From Fibrobacterales bacterium (GTDB taxonomy: Bacteria > Fibrobacterota > Fibrobacteria > Fibrobacterales > JAOPTW01), in the NCBI GenBank assembly GCA_051532055.1, contig JAOPTX010000042.1:85730-149729 (forward strand): DNA of 64,000 nt, in the 5' to 3' direction. How positions within the stretch are numbered: the first letter of the stretch is position 1; the number at the start of each line of letters is the position of its first letter. Below the pieces are notes generated by a model that had not been told where the DNA came from, did not search any database, and saw nothing but the letters and a program-made list of their open reading frames with translations. The position numbers were made by a program, and so were the translations under genes. Of the stretch, positions 50,420-59,913 are shown piece by piece.

Positions 50420-51940
50420 TTACTCTTTCTTGCCTTTGGCCATAAAGAGTATCAACGTTACGATAACAATTGCAAGTAAAATTCCAATTATCGCATTGAT
50501 AGAATTACGAGTGAGGCCGAGTCTATCTATAAAAGATGCTGCACTTCCATCTTGGCCAGGTAGGTCGACTTCAATGACCATATCATCAGCTTCATACGTC
50601 TCATTCATAGTTGATTTTTTTAGAATTTGATTCACTTTTGCATCCATGCTTTGAAGCTCTTTAATGAAGTACCCTTCATTAAAATCACCATAAATCCCAG
50701 AAACTTGCCACCAAATATTTTCTAATCCCTCTTTTAGCACATAACCAATCTCAGCCCATTCAGGAATATTAGGAAAAGCCCGCCCCATTTTTAAACTCGT
50801 TAAAACGGCTTGATAATAGTCACTATTAACTTCCGGCACATTATTTATAATCTTCTTTTTAGTGGAAAATGCACCAATATCTCGGGTATAATGAAAGAGA
50901 GTAGAGTCCTGCATGAGGAACCCTAATAACTTAAGGGCTTTCTCTTTGTTTTTTGAGTATTTAGGTATCGCAAGGTTACTTCCACCCATAAAAGTAAACT
51001 GTCCACCTGGGCCTTTTGGATAAGGTACCAAAACCATATCTTCAAGTTTATCTAATTTTGCTTTACCTTCTTTTACTCTATTATAATGACGGGTTAACGC
51101 ACCAAAAGTCGTTCCCAATAAGCAGAAAGAATTACCATTAGTGAATTTTCGTTCTGTGACGATGGTTCCCCGTTCAATATCTGCTGAGTCTACAAGTTTC
51201 TCAAAATAGTATGAGATGTACTCTCGGATCCCTGCAATTGTTTTTGGATCACTCATATTACTTACAAACTTGTCATCAACTTCTTTTACAAATGATCCTC
51301 CATGTGACCATATCCATGGGGCAAAATTATGAATCAAATTCCAGTCTCCTATTCCTGAAAATGAAATAGGCCATACTCGTTTTCCTTCGTGAAATTCCTT
51401 TTTCTGTGCAAAAATTTTGAGTGATTTCTTAAAACCCTCCATTGTCTCGAAGTTCTTTAAAGAATAACCCATTGAGTCAAAGTACCGTTTATTCAGAGAT
51501 ATGGTACGAATATCTAAAAACCAAGGTAATGACACTATTTCACTAAAGCCATATCTATGAGTTGAACTCCATGTAGCGGGTAAAAACTCTTCAGGTCTTG
51601 AAAGTGACTCTATATAAGGGGTCAAATCAAGTAAAGCACCAATCTCACTTAGATAGGGGACCCAAGTAGTTCCCACTTGTACTATATCTGGCCCCCTGCG
51701 TGTTTTTGCAATCATTTTAAGCCGTGAGAAGGCATTCCCCCAGCTTAACACTTCAACATTAACAGTAATACCGGGGTTCTCTTTTTCAAACTGGTCAGTA
51801 TATGCTTTTAAATTCTTTTTAGGTTGTTCACCATTAGGCATGATCCACATATTCAATGTAGTGGTCGCGAGCGCTGAACTTGCCACAATAGAGAGAACAA
51901 TGAAAATATTTCGGATTTTTAAAAAGCCGTAGCTTTGCAT
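50420..51940 (-). CDS. Extracellular solute-binding protein (family 1, sugar type) with C-terminal TM anchor
   Basis: 'FEKENPGITVNV', 'PDIVQVGTTW', 'LPWFLD', 'FMGGSNLAI'; C-terminus 'IIGILLAIVIVTLILFMAKGKKE'. Confidence 0.85.
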   Translation of the reverse strand: MQSYGFLKIRNIFIVLSIVASSALATTTLNMWIMPNGEQPKKNLKAYTDQFEKENPGITVNVEVLSWGNAFSRLKMIAKTRRGPDIVQVGTTWVPYLSEIGALLDLTPYIESLSRPEEFLPATWSSTHRYGFSEIVSLPWFLDIRTISLNKRYFDSMGYSLKNFETMEGFKKSLKIFAQKKEFHEGKRVWPISFSGIGDWNLIHNFAPWIWSHGGSFVKEVDDKFVSNMSDPKTIAGIREYISYYFEKLVDSADIERGTIVTERKFTNGNSFCLLGTTFGALTRHYNRVKEGKAKLDKLEDMVLVPYPKGPGGQFTFMGGSNLAIPKYSKNKEKALKLLGFLMQDSTLFHYTRDIGAFSTKKKIINNVPEVNSDYYQAVLTSLKMGRAFPNIPEWAEIGYVLKEGLENIWWQVSGIYGDFNEGYFIKELQSMDAKVNQILKKSTMNETYEADDMVIEVDLPGQDGSAASFIDRLGLTRNSINAIIGILLAIVIVTLILFMAKGKKE

Positions 51941-52176
51941 ACTATTCCAATTTTACGTAGTTATAATTTAATATAGTATAATTCGGTTTCTTTGTTAGAG
52001 ATCTAATCTTTCTCATTATTGCTTAACAAGTAAAATTAAGATTTTTTAAAATACATACTGAAACGGCATCATAAATCGTGTAAAAAACTTACTCACTCAT
52101 AAAGTTATGGTACTTCGATGACTAAAAATGATCTTTTTCCTATAATTTCAATGAGTTTAAAGCAATCGGATAATGT

Positions 52177-54735
52177 ATGACCATTCCTGAACATTTTACC
52201 CAACTAAAAGAAAAAGTTAAAAAGCCAGAGCTCCTGCTCCCTCTCATTTTTCCTGTAGTTGTCGTTGTTCTTCTTATTCTTCTTGCTCAAAAAGGGCCGC
52301 TTCGTGAATTAGTTGATAATTTGGCAGGAGGAAAATATTTTCTCAAACAAGTTATGGATCAGCATGAAAGTTTTTGGATTCTTCTCCTTAATATCATTGT
52401 AATCGGTGCGCTCTCTATTGTAAAAAGAAAGTCATTATGGGAGTTTTTTAAGAAGTATACCCCAAGTAAATCAACGATTGTAGTTCTTACATCACTTGCC
52501 GTTATCTGTACTTGGTTTACTGGCACTTATATCGTTGAACGTCATCGTGTTCAGTCAGATGAATCTATTTATCTAGCTGCAGCCCAAAACATGTATCATA
52601 ATCAGAGTGCCGGTGCATGCAAAGAGGGTTACTTTGACGCGAAAGGTGACATGAACTGTAAAACGACTGTTACTAATTTTAAAGCAAAAGGCCTCGCGCT
52701 CCTATACATGATCCCCATGAAGTTTTTAGGTGAAGACCTTGAATGGATTTTTAAACTACAGTTACTTTTCTATTTCCTTATGTTCTTCGCAACCTTTTAC
52801 GGAATTAACAGTTGGACGAATAACGAGGTACTTTCTCTCTTTTCAACAGCTATGCTCGGTTTGACGCCGACACTCATGTTTCAGTTTCGGTCATCATCGG
52901 TGGAACCTCTCTATGTACTCCTCTCGCTCACTGCGCTCTTTTTAATGAAATGGGCTTTTGAGCACAGTAAAGATCATTGGGATTGGGCACTGTTTGCATC
53001 ATTTTTAGGATTATTTGCACAAACAAGACAAGAGACCGTATTTTGTTTCTTAGCATTTGGCATTTTTTCGCTCCCCCTTCTTCTCGATAATAGGAAGAGC
53101 TTTCACGCATTTACAACATTTCTTACCTTCTTCAGTATCCCTATATTGATTACCATCTCAATTTATCAAGGGTATTCATTTCAAGGGGGGGAACATAGTG
53201 CTCATGGGCACTTCTGGGAAAACCTTTGGATTAACTTAAAACTCATGATTAATACTCCTATGAAAGGCGACCTCCTTGATAACCCTTTCCTCAGTTATCA
53301 AACGGTACTTGCTATTGCAGGCTTCGTAACTTTTTGTGTGGCCGCATTTAAAAATAGTTCTTATCGTAAGTGGTTGCTCTTCTTAGCACTATACCATATC
53401 CAAAGTTTTATGATATTCGAAAATGTTTCAGGTGATTTCACTATTAACATTAACCAACGATATATCCTTATAGTACTCCCAACCATGGCTTTTTTCGCCG
53501 GGTTTTTCATATATCAAGTTCTTGCTGTTTGGATCAAAAAATTTATTGGCGGGGGAGACGAAACCGTTTCTGTTCAAAAAAACATTGCTTTTACCCTCTT
53601 AGTGTTAGCAGTGATATTTTCACTTACTTATAGACATCAACCAAGTTTTGAAAAAAACATAATGTACAAACGTAATCATCTCACCACTGAACAAGTAGAA
53701 CTTCGTGGTTGGATTTCTGAAAATGAAGGGCGTAAACTCTTCATATATGGCCGCCCTTATCATATGATAGGTTATGGCCACTCATCTATGCATTACCGTA
53801 ACTTCAAATCCCTTGGTTCTATAAAGCAAAAAGAATTAATGAAGTCATTTGGTGGGGAAGTGTACTATGTACGAGGGCTTGATTGTTGGAATAGTAAATC
53901 ATTTCACAAAAAGGCTGTTGAAACTCGAATAGAGGCAGTATGTGATGGTTTTGAGCAGTCCTATGACCTTCAAGAAGTATTTCGTTCTAAAGTAGTGCGG
54001 AGCTATCCTCTATACATATCTAAACTCCATGGCAAAAGAGTAATGCAAATCGAAAGAGATCTTACTCTTTCAGATATAATTATAACTGATAAATCTCTTT
54101 CAGTTACACTCTCACTTAAGAAAATCGGTAAGTCTGCTGATTTCGATATCATTTTTAATGGACAAAAAGTACAGTCGATTAAACCTAAAAAAGGTGATAC
54201 TGAGCTCAACATACCCCTTAAAGAAAAAATTATTGGTTTTTATACCTTAGAAGTGCTTGCTTTTAATAGTAAAGGAAGAGATCTAGGTAGAGTTACAAAA
54301 GATGGGTTTATTGACGACCCATCAGTAAAGCCACTGACACAGCTTAAAGCTATAAAGAGCATTCAATCATGGTCTAAGGCTCAAATAGATAAATCTCTCG
54401 ATGGAAACGTATTGAAAATTGGTGGAAGAGAGTTTACTAGTGGGTATGGTGTTCACGCCTTTTCAACTCAAGATTTTCAACTAGATAGTCATTACAAATC
54501 ATTTATAGCGGGTTATGGTCTTGATGATGAAGACCCTGGAGGAGATGGTGTTCGCTTTATAGTTTATGGTGATGGAAAAGAGTTATTTAAATCATCTGTT
54601 GTAAAGAATTTTACCTATAATAGCCTAACAATCGATGTTTCTAATGTTAAGGTACTTTCACTGCAAGTTGACTCACTTACAGACAAACATTATGATCACG
54701 CTGACTGGATACAACCAATTCTTATAAAACAGTAG
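52177..54735 (+). CDS. Polytopic GT-C (ArnT/PMT-like) glycosyltransferase-like protein with C-terminal NPCBM/NEW2 domain
   Basis: Many TM helices, 'QSDESIYL', 'VEP', 'QTRQE', 'RY'; C-terminus 'DKSLDGNVLKIGG..FTSGYGVHA...VRFIVYGDGKELF...DHADW'. Confidence 0.75.
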   Translation: MTIPEHFTQLKEKVKKPELLLPLIFPVVVVVLLILLAQKGPLRELVDNLAGGKYFLKQVMDQHESFWILLLNIIVIGALSIVKRKSLWEFFKKYTPSKSTIVVLTSLAVICTWFTGTYIVERHRVQSDESIYLAAAQNMYHNQSAGACKEGYFDAKGDMNCKTTVTNFKAKGLALLYMIPMKFLGEDLEWIFKLQLLFYFLMFFATFYGINSWTNNEVLSLFSTAMLGLTPTLMFQFRSSSVEPLYVLLSLTALFLMKWAFEHSKDHWDWALFASFLGLFAQTRQETVFCFLAFGIFSLPLLLDNRKSFHAFTTFLTFFSIPILITISIYQGYSFQGGEHSAHGHFWENLWINLKLMINTPMKGDLLDNPFLSYQTVLAIAGFVTFCVAAFKNSSYRKWLLFLALYHIQSFMIFENVSGDFTININQRYILIVLPTMAFFAGFFIYQVLAVWIKKFIGGGDETVSVQKNIAFTLLVLAVIFSLTYRHQPSFEKNIMYKRNHLTTEQVELRGWISENEGRKLFIYGRPYHMIGYGHSSMHYRNFKSLGSIKQKELMKSFGGEVYYVRGLDCWNSKSFHKKAVETRIEAVCDGFEQSYDLQEVFRSKVVRSYPLYISKLHGKRVMQIERDLTLSDIIITDKSLSVTLSLKKIGKSADFDIIFNGQKVQSIKPKKGDTELNIPLKEKIIGFYTLEVLAFNSKGRDLGRVTKDGFIDDPSVKPLTQLKAIKSIQSWSKAQIDKSLDGNVLKIGGREFTSGYGVHAFSTQDFQLDSHYKSFIAGYGLDDEDPGGDGVRFIVYGDGKELFKSSVVKNFTYNSLTIDVSNVKVLSLQVDSLTDKHYDHADWIQPILIKQ

Positions 54736-54742
54736 GATATAA

Positions 54743-55015
54743 ATGGACATTGAGCTAAAACTCGGAATCTTTATAGCGATACTTTTCCTATTCGTTGTAG
54801 GTGTTTCGTTTATGATTATCATGAATACCATAGGTGGGATTTCACATGCGCTAGAGCGCCTTCAGGAGATCATTTCAAAAGAAGTCATACTCACCCACAA
54901 TCAGAAGATTCAAGATCTTAAATTTGAACTTCAGCGCCGCGAAAATACAGAAGAACGAAAAAAGCGCCAAGAGGCACTTCTTAATGTACCACTTATTAAA
55001 AATGATGATGAATAA
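54743..55015 (+). CDS. Small membrane protein (TM helix plus coiled coil)
   Basis: RBS AGGA; packed between neighbours with 7-bp and 3-bp gaps. Confidence 0.7.
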   Translation: MDIELKLGIFIAILFLFVVGVSFMIIMNTIGGISHALERLQEIISKEVILTHNQKIQDLKFELQRRENTEERKKRQEALLNVPLIKNDDE

Positions 55016-55018
55016 TTT

Positions 55019-55585
55019 ATGAAATCGACACTTTTTGTACTCTCTGCTGCCTCTGGTGCAGGAAAAACGACATTAAAAGATAGAGTAATAGAAGATTTTG
55101 AAACACTTTCTTACTCTATTTCAGCTACGACCCGACCACCACGAACTGGGGAAGTCGATGGTCAGCATTATTTCTTTAAAACCGTTGATCAGTTTAAAAA
55201 GATGATTAAAAATAATGAATTAATTGAGTATATGGAAGTCCATGGTAACTACTATGGAACCCCGCGTGGCTACGTAGAAGATCAACTTTCTAAAGGCATT
55301 AGTGTCATTCTCGATATGGATGTATATGGTAAAATTACTTTTGATAAAGAGTACCCTAATGCAGTCGGCATTTTCATAATGCCTCCTAATATGGCTGAGA
55401 TGGAAAACCGTCTTCGTCACAGAGGGACCGATAGTGAAGAGGTGATTCAGTTGCGCCTTACAAATGCACGTGAAGAAATTGACTTTGCTGAAACTAAAGG
55501 GAAGTACGAACATTTACTCATTAATGATGAACTTGAAAAAGCAGTGAGTGACTTCAAAGGGTTACTCAATACCTACATAAGTTAG
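55019..55585 (+). CDS. gmk: Guanylate kinase
   Basis: 'SAASGAGKTT', 'SISATTRPPRTGEVDGQHYFF', 'HGNYYGT', 'RLRHRGTD'. Confidence 0.96.
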   Translation: MKSTLFVLSAASGAGKTTLKDRVIEDFETLSYSISATTRPPRTGEVDGQHYFFKTVDQFKKMIKNNELIEYMEVHGNYYGTPRGYVEDQLSKGISVILDMDVYGKITFDKEYPNAVGIFIMPPNMAEMENRLRHRGTDSEEVIQLRLTNAREEIDFAETKGKYEHLLINDELEKAVSDFKGLLNTYIS

Positions 55586-55637
55586 CGATTCATTAAACCT
55601 AAACATCTCTACATTTTCTCAATAAGCATAACTACCC

Positions 55638-55669
55638 TTGCACAGTACTTAACAAGAATGTTATCTTTG
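55638..55669 (+). promoter_or_regulatory. Putative promoter for the leader/EamA transcript
   Basis: TTGCAC-18 bp-TATCTT with TG extension; also matches TAnnTTTG. Confidence 0.5.
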
Positions 55670-55698
55670 CATCATTAATTAACAACTAAAGAAACAGT

Positions 55699-55773
55699 AT
55701 GAACTTTTGTCTTAGAAACCTCGCAGTCAAGTTACCGGTATGGAATATACCAGGAGTTGTCCACCGTTTCTAA
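55699..55773 (+). CDS. Putative 24-aa leader peptide MNFCLRNLAVKLPVWNIPGVVHRF
   Basis: Short ORF between the promoter and a strong terminator that precedes the EamA start. Confidence 0.55.
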   Translation: MNFCLRNLAVKLPVWNIPGVVHRF

Positions 55774-55795
55774 GTATCTCTACTATTAGCAGAGC

Positions 55796-55831
55796 AAAGA
55801 GCCGTGGATTATTCCACGGCTCTTTTTTTTT
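55796..55831 (+). terminator. Intrinsic terminator (attenuator) in the EamA leader
   Basis: AAAGAGCCGTGGA-ttat-TCCACGGCTC followed by a T run. Confidence 0.88.
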
Positions 55832-55896
55832 ACCCAAAAATCAGGCGGAGGCCTAAGAGGGTGGCACGCCCTATTACTGTGCAAAAGGAGTACACC

Positions 55897-56823
55897 ATGA
55901 TTACTAAAATCATTTCATATAGCGCTATATACCTCATTTGGGGGTCAACTTACTATTTCATTAAAACAGCGGTAACAACTGTTTCTCCCTTTTATGTAGT
56001 TGGTATCAGGTTTACTATGGGTGCCCTAGTACTTTTTGCCTTTGCATGTTTAGCTAAAAGAATAAAAAAGAGACCCACTCTACAGCAAAGTATCAATGCT
56101 GTCTTTATAGGGATGTTGTTACTCATGGGTGCTAATGGATTAGTAACCATAGCAGAGCAACATGTCGATAGTTATCTCTTTGCACTAATGGCAAGTTCAT
56201 TGCCGCTAGTAACTATTTTTTTTGATTGGCTAATCAATGGCAAACGAATTACTATAATAGCTGGTATTGGTATCCTTTCCGGAATTACAGGAGTTATAGT
56301 TCTACTCTCAGATGGGTCGAGTCAACTGAGCGCTGTCTCCAATGAATTATGGCTTGGAGTTCTTGCAATTATTTTGTGGGCCCTCGGTTCAAGCTTAAGT
56401 AAACAACTTGCACTTCCTACTGACCCTGTAATAAATTCGTTAATCCAGCAAGGTTCAGTTGGTGTAATTTCTCTTATACTTATTCAGTTTTATGCCCCAG
56501 CCTCTCAGTATACTTGGAGTGAAATTGCTACAGTCTCATGGTTTTCAATAGGGTACTTAGCAATAGCCGGATCCTTTGCTTTGGTCTGTTATGGCTGGCT
56601 GCTTCAAAATGAACCCCTCTCTCGAGTAATGAGTTACACCTTTATTAATCCGTTAATTGCTATAAGTTTAGGGGTTTTCATTGGGGGTGAAAAGATTGTT
56701 TCGACTATTGGACCCAGTGCAGGACTCATTGCACTGGGACTCATTTGTATGTTTTATGAAAAACAGATTCTATCGATGATTCGAAAAGCTTTTGGTAAAC
56801 CCAAGATTATTAACCCTTCTTAG
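55897..56823 (+). CDS. EamA/DMT family transporter (YedA-like)
   Basis: 'IYLIWGSTY', 'IRF', 'YLAIAGS', 'SYTFINPLIA..LG...GE'; ATG at 55897 follows AAGGAG. Confidence 0.92.
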   Translation: MITKIISYSAIYLIWGSTYYFIKTAVTTVSPFYVVGIRFTMGALVLFAFACLAKRIKKRPTLQQSINAVFIGMLLLMGANGLVTIAEQHVDSYLFALMASSLPLVTIFFDWLINGKRITIIAGIGILSGITGVIVLLSDGSSQLSAVSNELWLGVLAIILWALGSSLSKQLALPTDPVINSLIQQGSVGVISLILIQFYAPASQYTWSEIATVSWFSIGYLAIAGSFALVCYGWLLQNEPLSRVMSYTFINPLIAISLGVFIGGEKIVSTIGPSAGLIALGLICMFYEKQILSMIRKAFGKPKIINPS

Positions 56824-56833
56824 GTCACTGAAT

Positions 56834-56876
56834 TCCTCTAAAACAATTCAGACATTACCTGTATTGTTTTAGAGGA
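56834..56876. terminator. Hairpin between convergent genes
   Basis: TCCTCTAAAACAAT...ATTGTTTTAGAGGA, 14-bp stem. Confidence 0.7.
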
Positions 56877-56884
56877 TACTGTTG

Positions 56885-57643
56885 TTATTCCCTTACAAAT
56901 ACCATTTTAGTAGCATCAGATTTATCTGGCTGATAATTATACCCATCAACGCTATATGATTTAAGGTCCGTAGGTGCGGTAATTTTATTTTTCACAATAT
57001 ACCGAGCCATTTTGCCACGGGCTGCTTTCGCATAGACACTGACAGTTTTGAGTGTTCCGTTTTTAAGGTCCAAGAAAATAGGAGTTATCACAGTTGCGTC
57101 TAAGTTCTCAAAATCTATAACCTTAGAATATTCGTCTGATGCTAAATTAAGGATCGTTTTGTCACCACTCAACTCTGTACTCAATTGTTTGGTCACTCGT
57201 TCTTTCCAGTAATGGTACGGGTTTTTACTCTCACCGAGTGGAGTACGGTACCCAAGCTCAAACCGATAGTGTTTCATAAGATCGAGTGGTTTAAGCATAC
57301 CATAAAATCCAGAAAGAATTCGAATCGTTTTATCAGCATATATGAGTTCACTATCATTAAAACTATGAGGGTCCATACTTTCAAATACATGGCCAGCAAA
57401 AGCAAGTAACGCTTCAGTGCTATTATGAGCTGTATGTTTTTTATCCCAGTGGGCGATCATGTTTATGGTTGATTCAGCTAAGGCATCACTGATTGCCATA
57501 ACCTTTTTGAGGTGTGGTTCATTCCACTCTAATAGAAACTCATTGATCTCTTCGGATTCCTTTAAAAATTGTGGTGCACGGTATTGTTTGGTAAGTGCAT
57601 GCTTAATTTTCATTTTCTTAGCAGGGGAGAGTAACACAATCAT
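56885..57643 (-). CDS. yaaA: Peroxide stress protein YaaA (DUF328)
   Basis: 'LLSPAKKM', 'ILSGFYGMLKPLD...YRFE', 'LNLASDEY', 'AKAARGKMARY'. Confidence 0.93.
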   Translation of the reverse strand: MIVLLSPAKKMKIKHALTKQYRAPQFLKESEEINEFLLEWNEPHLKKVMAISDALAESTINMIAHWDKKHTAHNSTEALLAFAGHVFESMDPHSFNDSELIYADKTIRILSGFYGMLKPLDLMKHYRFELGYRTPLGESKNPYHYWKERVTKQLSTELSGDKTILNLASDEYSKVIDFENLDATVITPIFLDLKNGTLKTVSVYAKAARGKMARYIVKNKITAPTDLKSYSVDGYNYQPDKSDATKMVFVRE

Positions 57644-58065
57644 GCGATGTCGTCCTTTCTTCTTGTCTTTTCACTATCTCGTTCGTTTGCCATATCTTGA
57701 AGTTCATATTTGAGGGCATCGCCTGAAATCCATATTTCCCATAGAGATATACAAAGGGATATACAGAGTAATGCGAGGCTCAAGCCAAAGGCATGTTTAC
57801 CAGCTGACACATTTTCTACAAAGAGCATTAGCATAGAAACAGTGCAAAAAAGGAAACTGGTAATGCCAAAAGCCTGCATTATTCTAATAAGGTTGAGCCG
57901 TTTTCGTAAGTTCTCAATTTGAGGGTCGATAATATGCGACATTTTTTCTCTGCCATTTGCGTGCAGCTGTCGTATCAATTGAGCAGTAATAGCGAACCGA
58001 TTGGTGTACGCAAGTAGCAGCAATGAAATTGCGGGGAACAGTAGGGCGGGGGTTGTCAGTATCAT
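57640..58065 (-). CDS. DUF2721 family membrane protein
   Basis: 'TTPALLFPAISLLLLAYTNRF', 'QIENLRKRL.LIR.MQ.FG', 'EIWIS..AL'; ATG at 58065 follows GGAG. Confidence 0.85.
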   Translation of the reverse strand: MILTTPALLFPAISLLLLAYTNRFAITAQLIRQLHANGREKMSHIIDPQIENLRKRLNLIRIMQAFGITSFLFCTVSMLMLFVENVSAGKHAFGLSLALLCISLCISLWEIWISGDALKYELQDMANERDSEKTRRKDDIA

Positions 58066-58199
58066 ATATATCTCCAGTTGCGCCAAAGATACAAAAAGTA
58101 TGGAGAGTAGTGGTTGTTGGTTGGATGGTTTGTTGGGGATTAATTTGATTTTTCAGAGTTATAGTTGAGGTGTTTGCGTTTATAACAATTGACTTGAAT

Positions 58200-58236
58200 A
58201 GAGTATAGTAGACCGCTAAAGTGATCTCTATACTCT
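58200..58236. terminator. Hairpin downstream of the DUF4419 gene
   Basis: AGAGTATAG...CTATACTCT inverted repeat. Confidence 0.45.
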
Positions 58237-58266
58237 GTGATATCTAAAAAGAACAAATCACTCCTA

Positions 58267-59712
58267 TTATTTCCCTTTCAAATACTTGCTATCGCCACCA
58301 TTCTCATAGATGTCAATATCTTCTTGAGAGGGTTCTACCTGTTGATCTACCACAGCCCAAGAAATTTCAGGTCTGAGCGCTCCAGTCATTAGGTCTTGAC
58401 GATACCCAACAAATCCAGATATATATTCCATAGAATATTTAGTGCCAAAATAATCCCACAATACAGGCGCTTGAGATAGACCACTTGGTAGAATATCTGT
58501 TTCAGCTGATCGACCCATTATAGCTACTTCTTCTCCAGTATCGTCATCATAGGTATACTCAATGGGCCACTCTTCTTTAATAAAACGTTCGAACCCATCA
58601 TCATACTCCATATAAGGAAAAAAGAGTAATATCCACCCTGCGATGTAAACATTTCCACACCCAATAGTGCCTTCAACGTATATACCTTTCCAAAAATCAG
58701 CATCCGCTTCTCCTTTCGAAGCTGCAATAAATTGATCGAGAATCGGGGACAATTCATTAATCCACCAAGCAAGGTCGTAATCGCGCAAAGCTTCAGCTTT
58801 GGACTTAACCAATTCCCAATCTGCAGTCGTTCCTTCAAGAGTAACAAAAGGAATTCCACATCCAGTGGTCATCGAATAAGAGAAATAACTTTTCATAGCA
58901 TCCATAAGGGTGATTTGAAAAGCGGCTTTCTCTATTGGTGTTGTGGTCGAGAACTTACCCGTAACGAGATCAAGAAGTTCAGTTCCTGTATTTGCTTCTA
59001 TAGAGTCCGAGAATTCTTCAAAAGTACCCGCCCAATCATTATAAAGACTTCCCTTAGAAAATGAATCCCGTCTAATATTCAATTTTTTCTTGCCATCAAA
59101 ATCAACAAACTGACTCCTCAGGTCTTCAGAGTTCTCATTTATATGAGTCGCAAAACCTTGTGAAATTAAAAGCCAAATCATATCAGGTGAAATCACAAAG
59201 TTATAATGATTGGCATAAGCTCTACGAAGGGCCTCCATGAAAGCATGATATGAAGTAGGGACCAAATCAATTTCTTTATACGCCGTTGCTTCAACGACTC
59301 TGTTAGGGAGGGTATCAGGAAATATTTTTGGATCGAGTAGTTCATCAGAGGTATAATCCCAAGCATCTTCACCTAAAAATGACTTTCGTTCTTTTACATT
59401 TCTATCAATGACCATTTTTTTAATGACTACTTCATCATAAGGGAGAGTACCCAGGATTTCAGTGATCGGCTCTACGGTATCAACAGCAAAGGTTACCTTC
59501 CTTGAGGTAAGAAAGGAATCATCTGCAATGATCCTTTGTAATATAACGGGCTTATTAGAGCTAGAATATTCTTCGTCTTGCTCCTCTGAAGAGGAGCTTG
59601 AGTAGTGATGACTCGAATCATTTTCACTGGTTTGATCACTATTGGTTGACTCATCAAAAAGGCATCCAATGAATAAAAGCTGGGTAATAAGGAGTATAAT
59701 AAGGGTTTTCAT
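58267..59712 (-). CDS. DUF4419 domain lipoprotein
   Basis: 'LFIGC' lipobox; 'AYANHYNFVISPDMIWLLI', 'FSTTT', 'CGIPFVTLEGT..DW', 'GWIL.FFPY'. Confidence 0.85.
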   Translation of the reverse strand: MKTLIILLITQLLFIGCLFDESTNSDQTSENDSSHHYSSSSSEEQDEEYSSSNKPVILQRIIADDSFLTSRKVTFAVDTVEPITEILGTLPYDEVVIKKMVIDRNVKERKSFLGEDAWDYTSDELLDPKIFPDTLPNRVVEATAYKEIDLVPTSYHAFMEALRRAYANHYNFVISPDMIWLLISQGFATHINENSEDLRSQFVDFDGKKKLNIRRDSFSKGSLYNDWAGTFEEFSDSIEANTGTELLDLVTGKFSTTTPIEKAAFQITLMDAMKSYFSYSMTTGCGIPFVTLEGTTADWELVKSKAEALRDYDLAWWINELSPILDQFIAASKGEADADFWKGIYVEGTIGCGNVYIAGWILLFFPYMEYDDGFERFIKEEWPIEYTYDDDTGEEVAIMGRSAETDILPSGLSQAPVLWDYFGTKYSMEYISGFVGYRQDLMTGALRPEISWAVVDQQVEPSQEDIDIYENGGDSKYLKGK

Positions 59713-59913
59713 GGTTTTTAACCTATGGAGTGCAATTTCTTTACAACTTAAATTCTTTTTAAATGATATAAAAGAGAATTGTTACAGGAAATTCATTAAA
59801 CGTTCTCATGTTGTGAGCACGGAATTTAACATCTCGCTTATACTCTAAACCTAAAATAGTTAACCAATATTGTCCCTCACAGGTTAACTATCCTTACTTA
59901 GTCAGTAAAACAA

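Noticed and set aside
55699..55773. Identification of the leader peptide as TnaC
   Set aside because: Same length, MN start and HR near the end, but it lacks W12/D16/P24 spacing, has no tnaA downstream and uses an intrinsic terminator
55804..55896. N-terminal extension of the EamA ORF from GTG 55804
   Set aside because: Starts inside the terminator hairpin; a clear RBS + ATG lies at 55897
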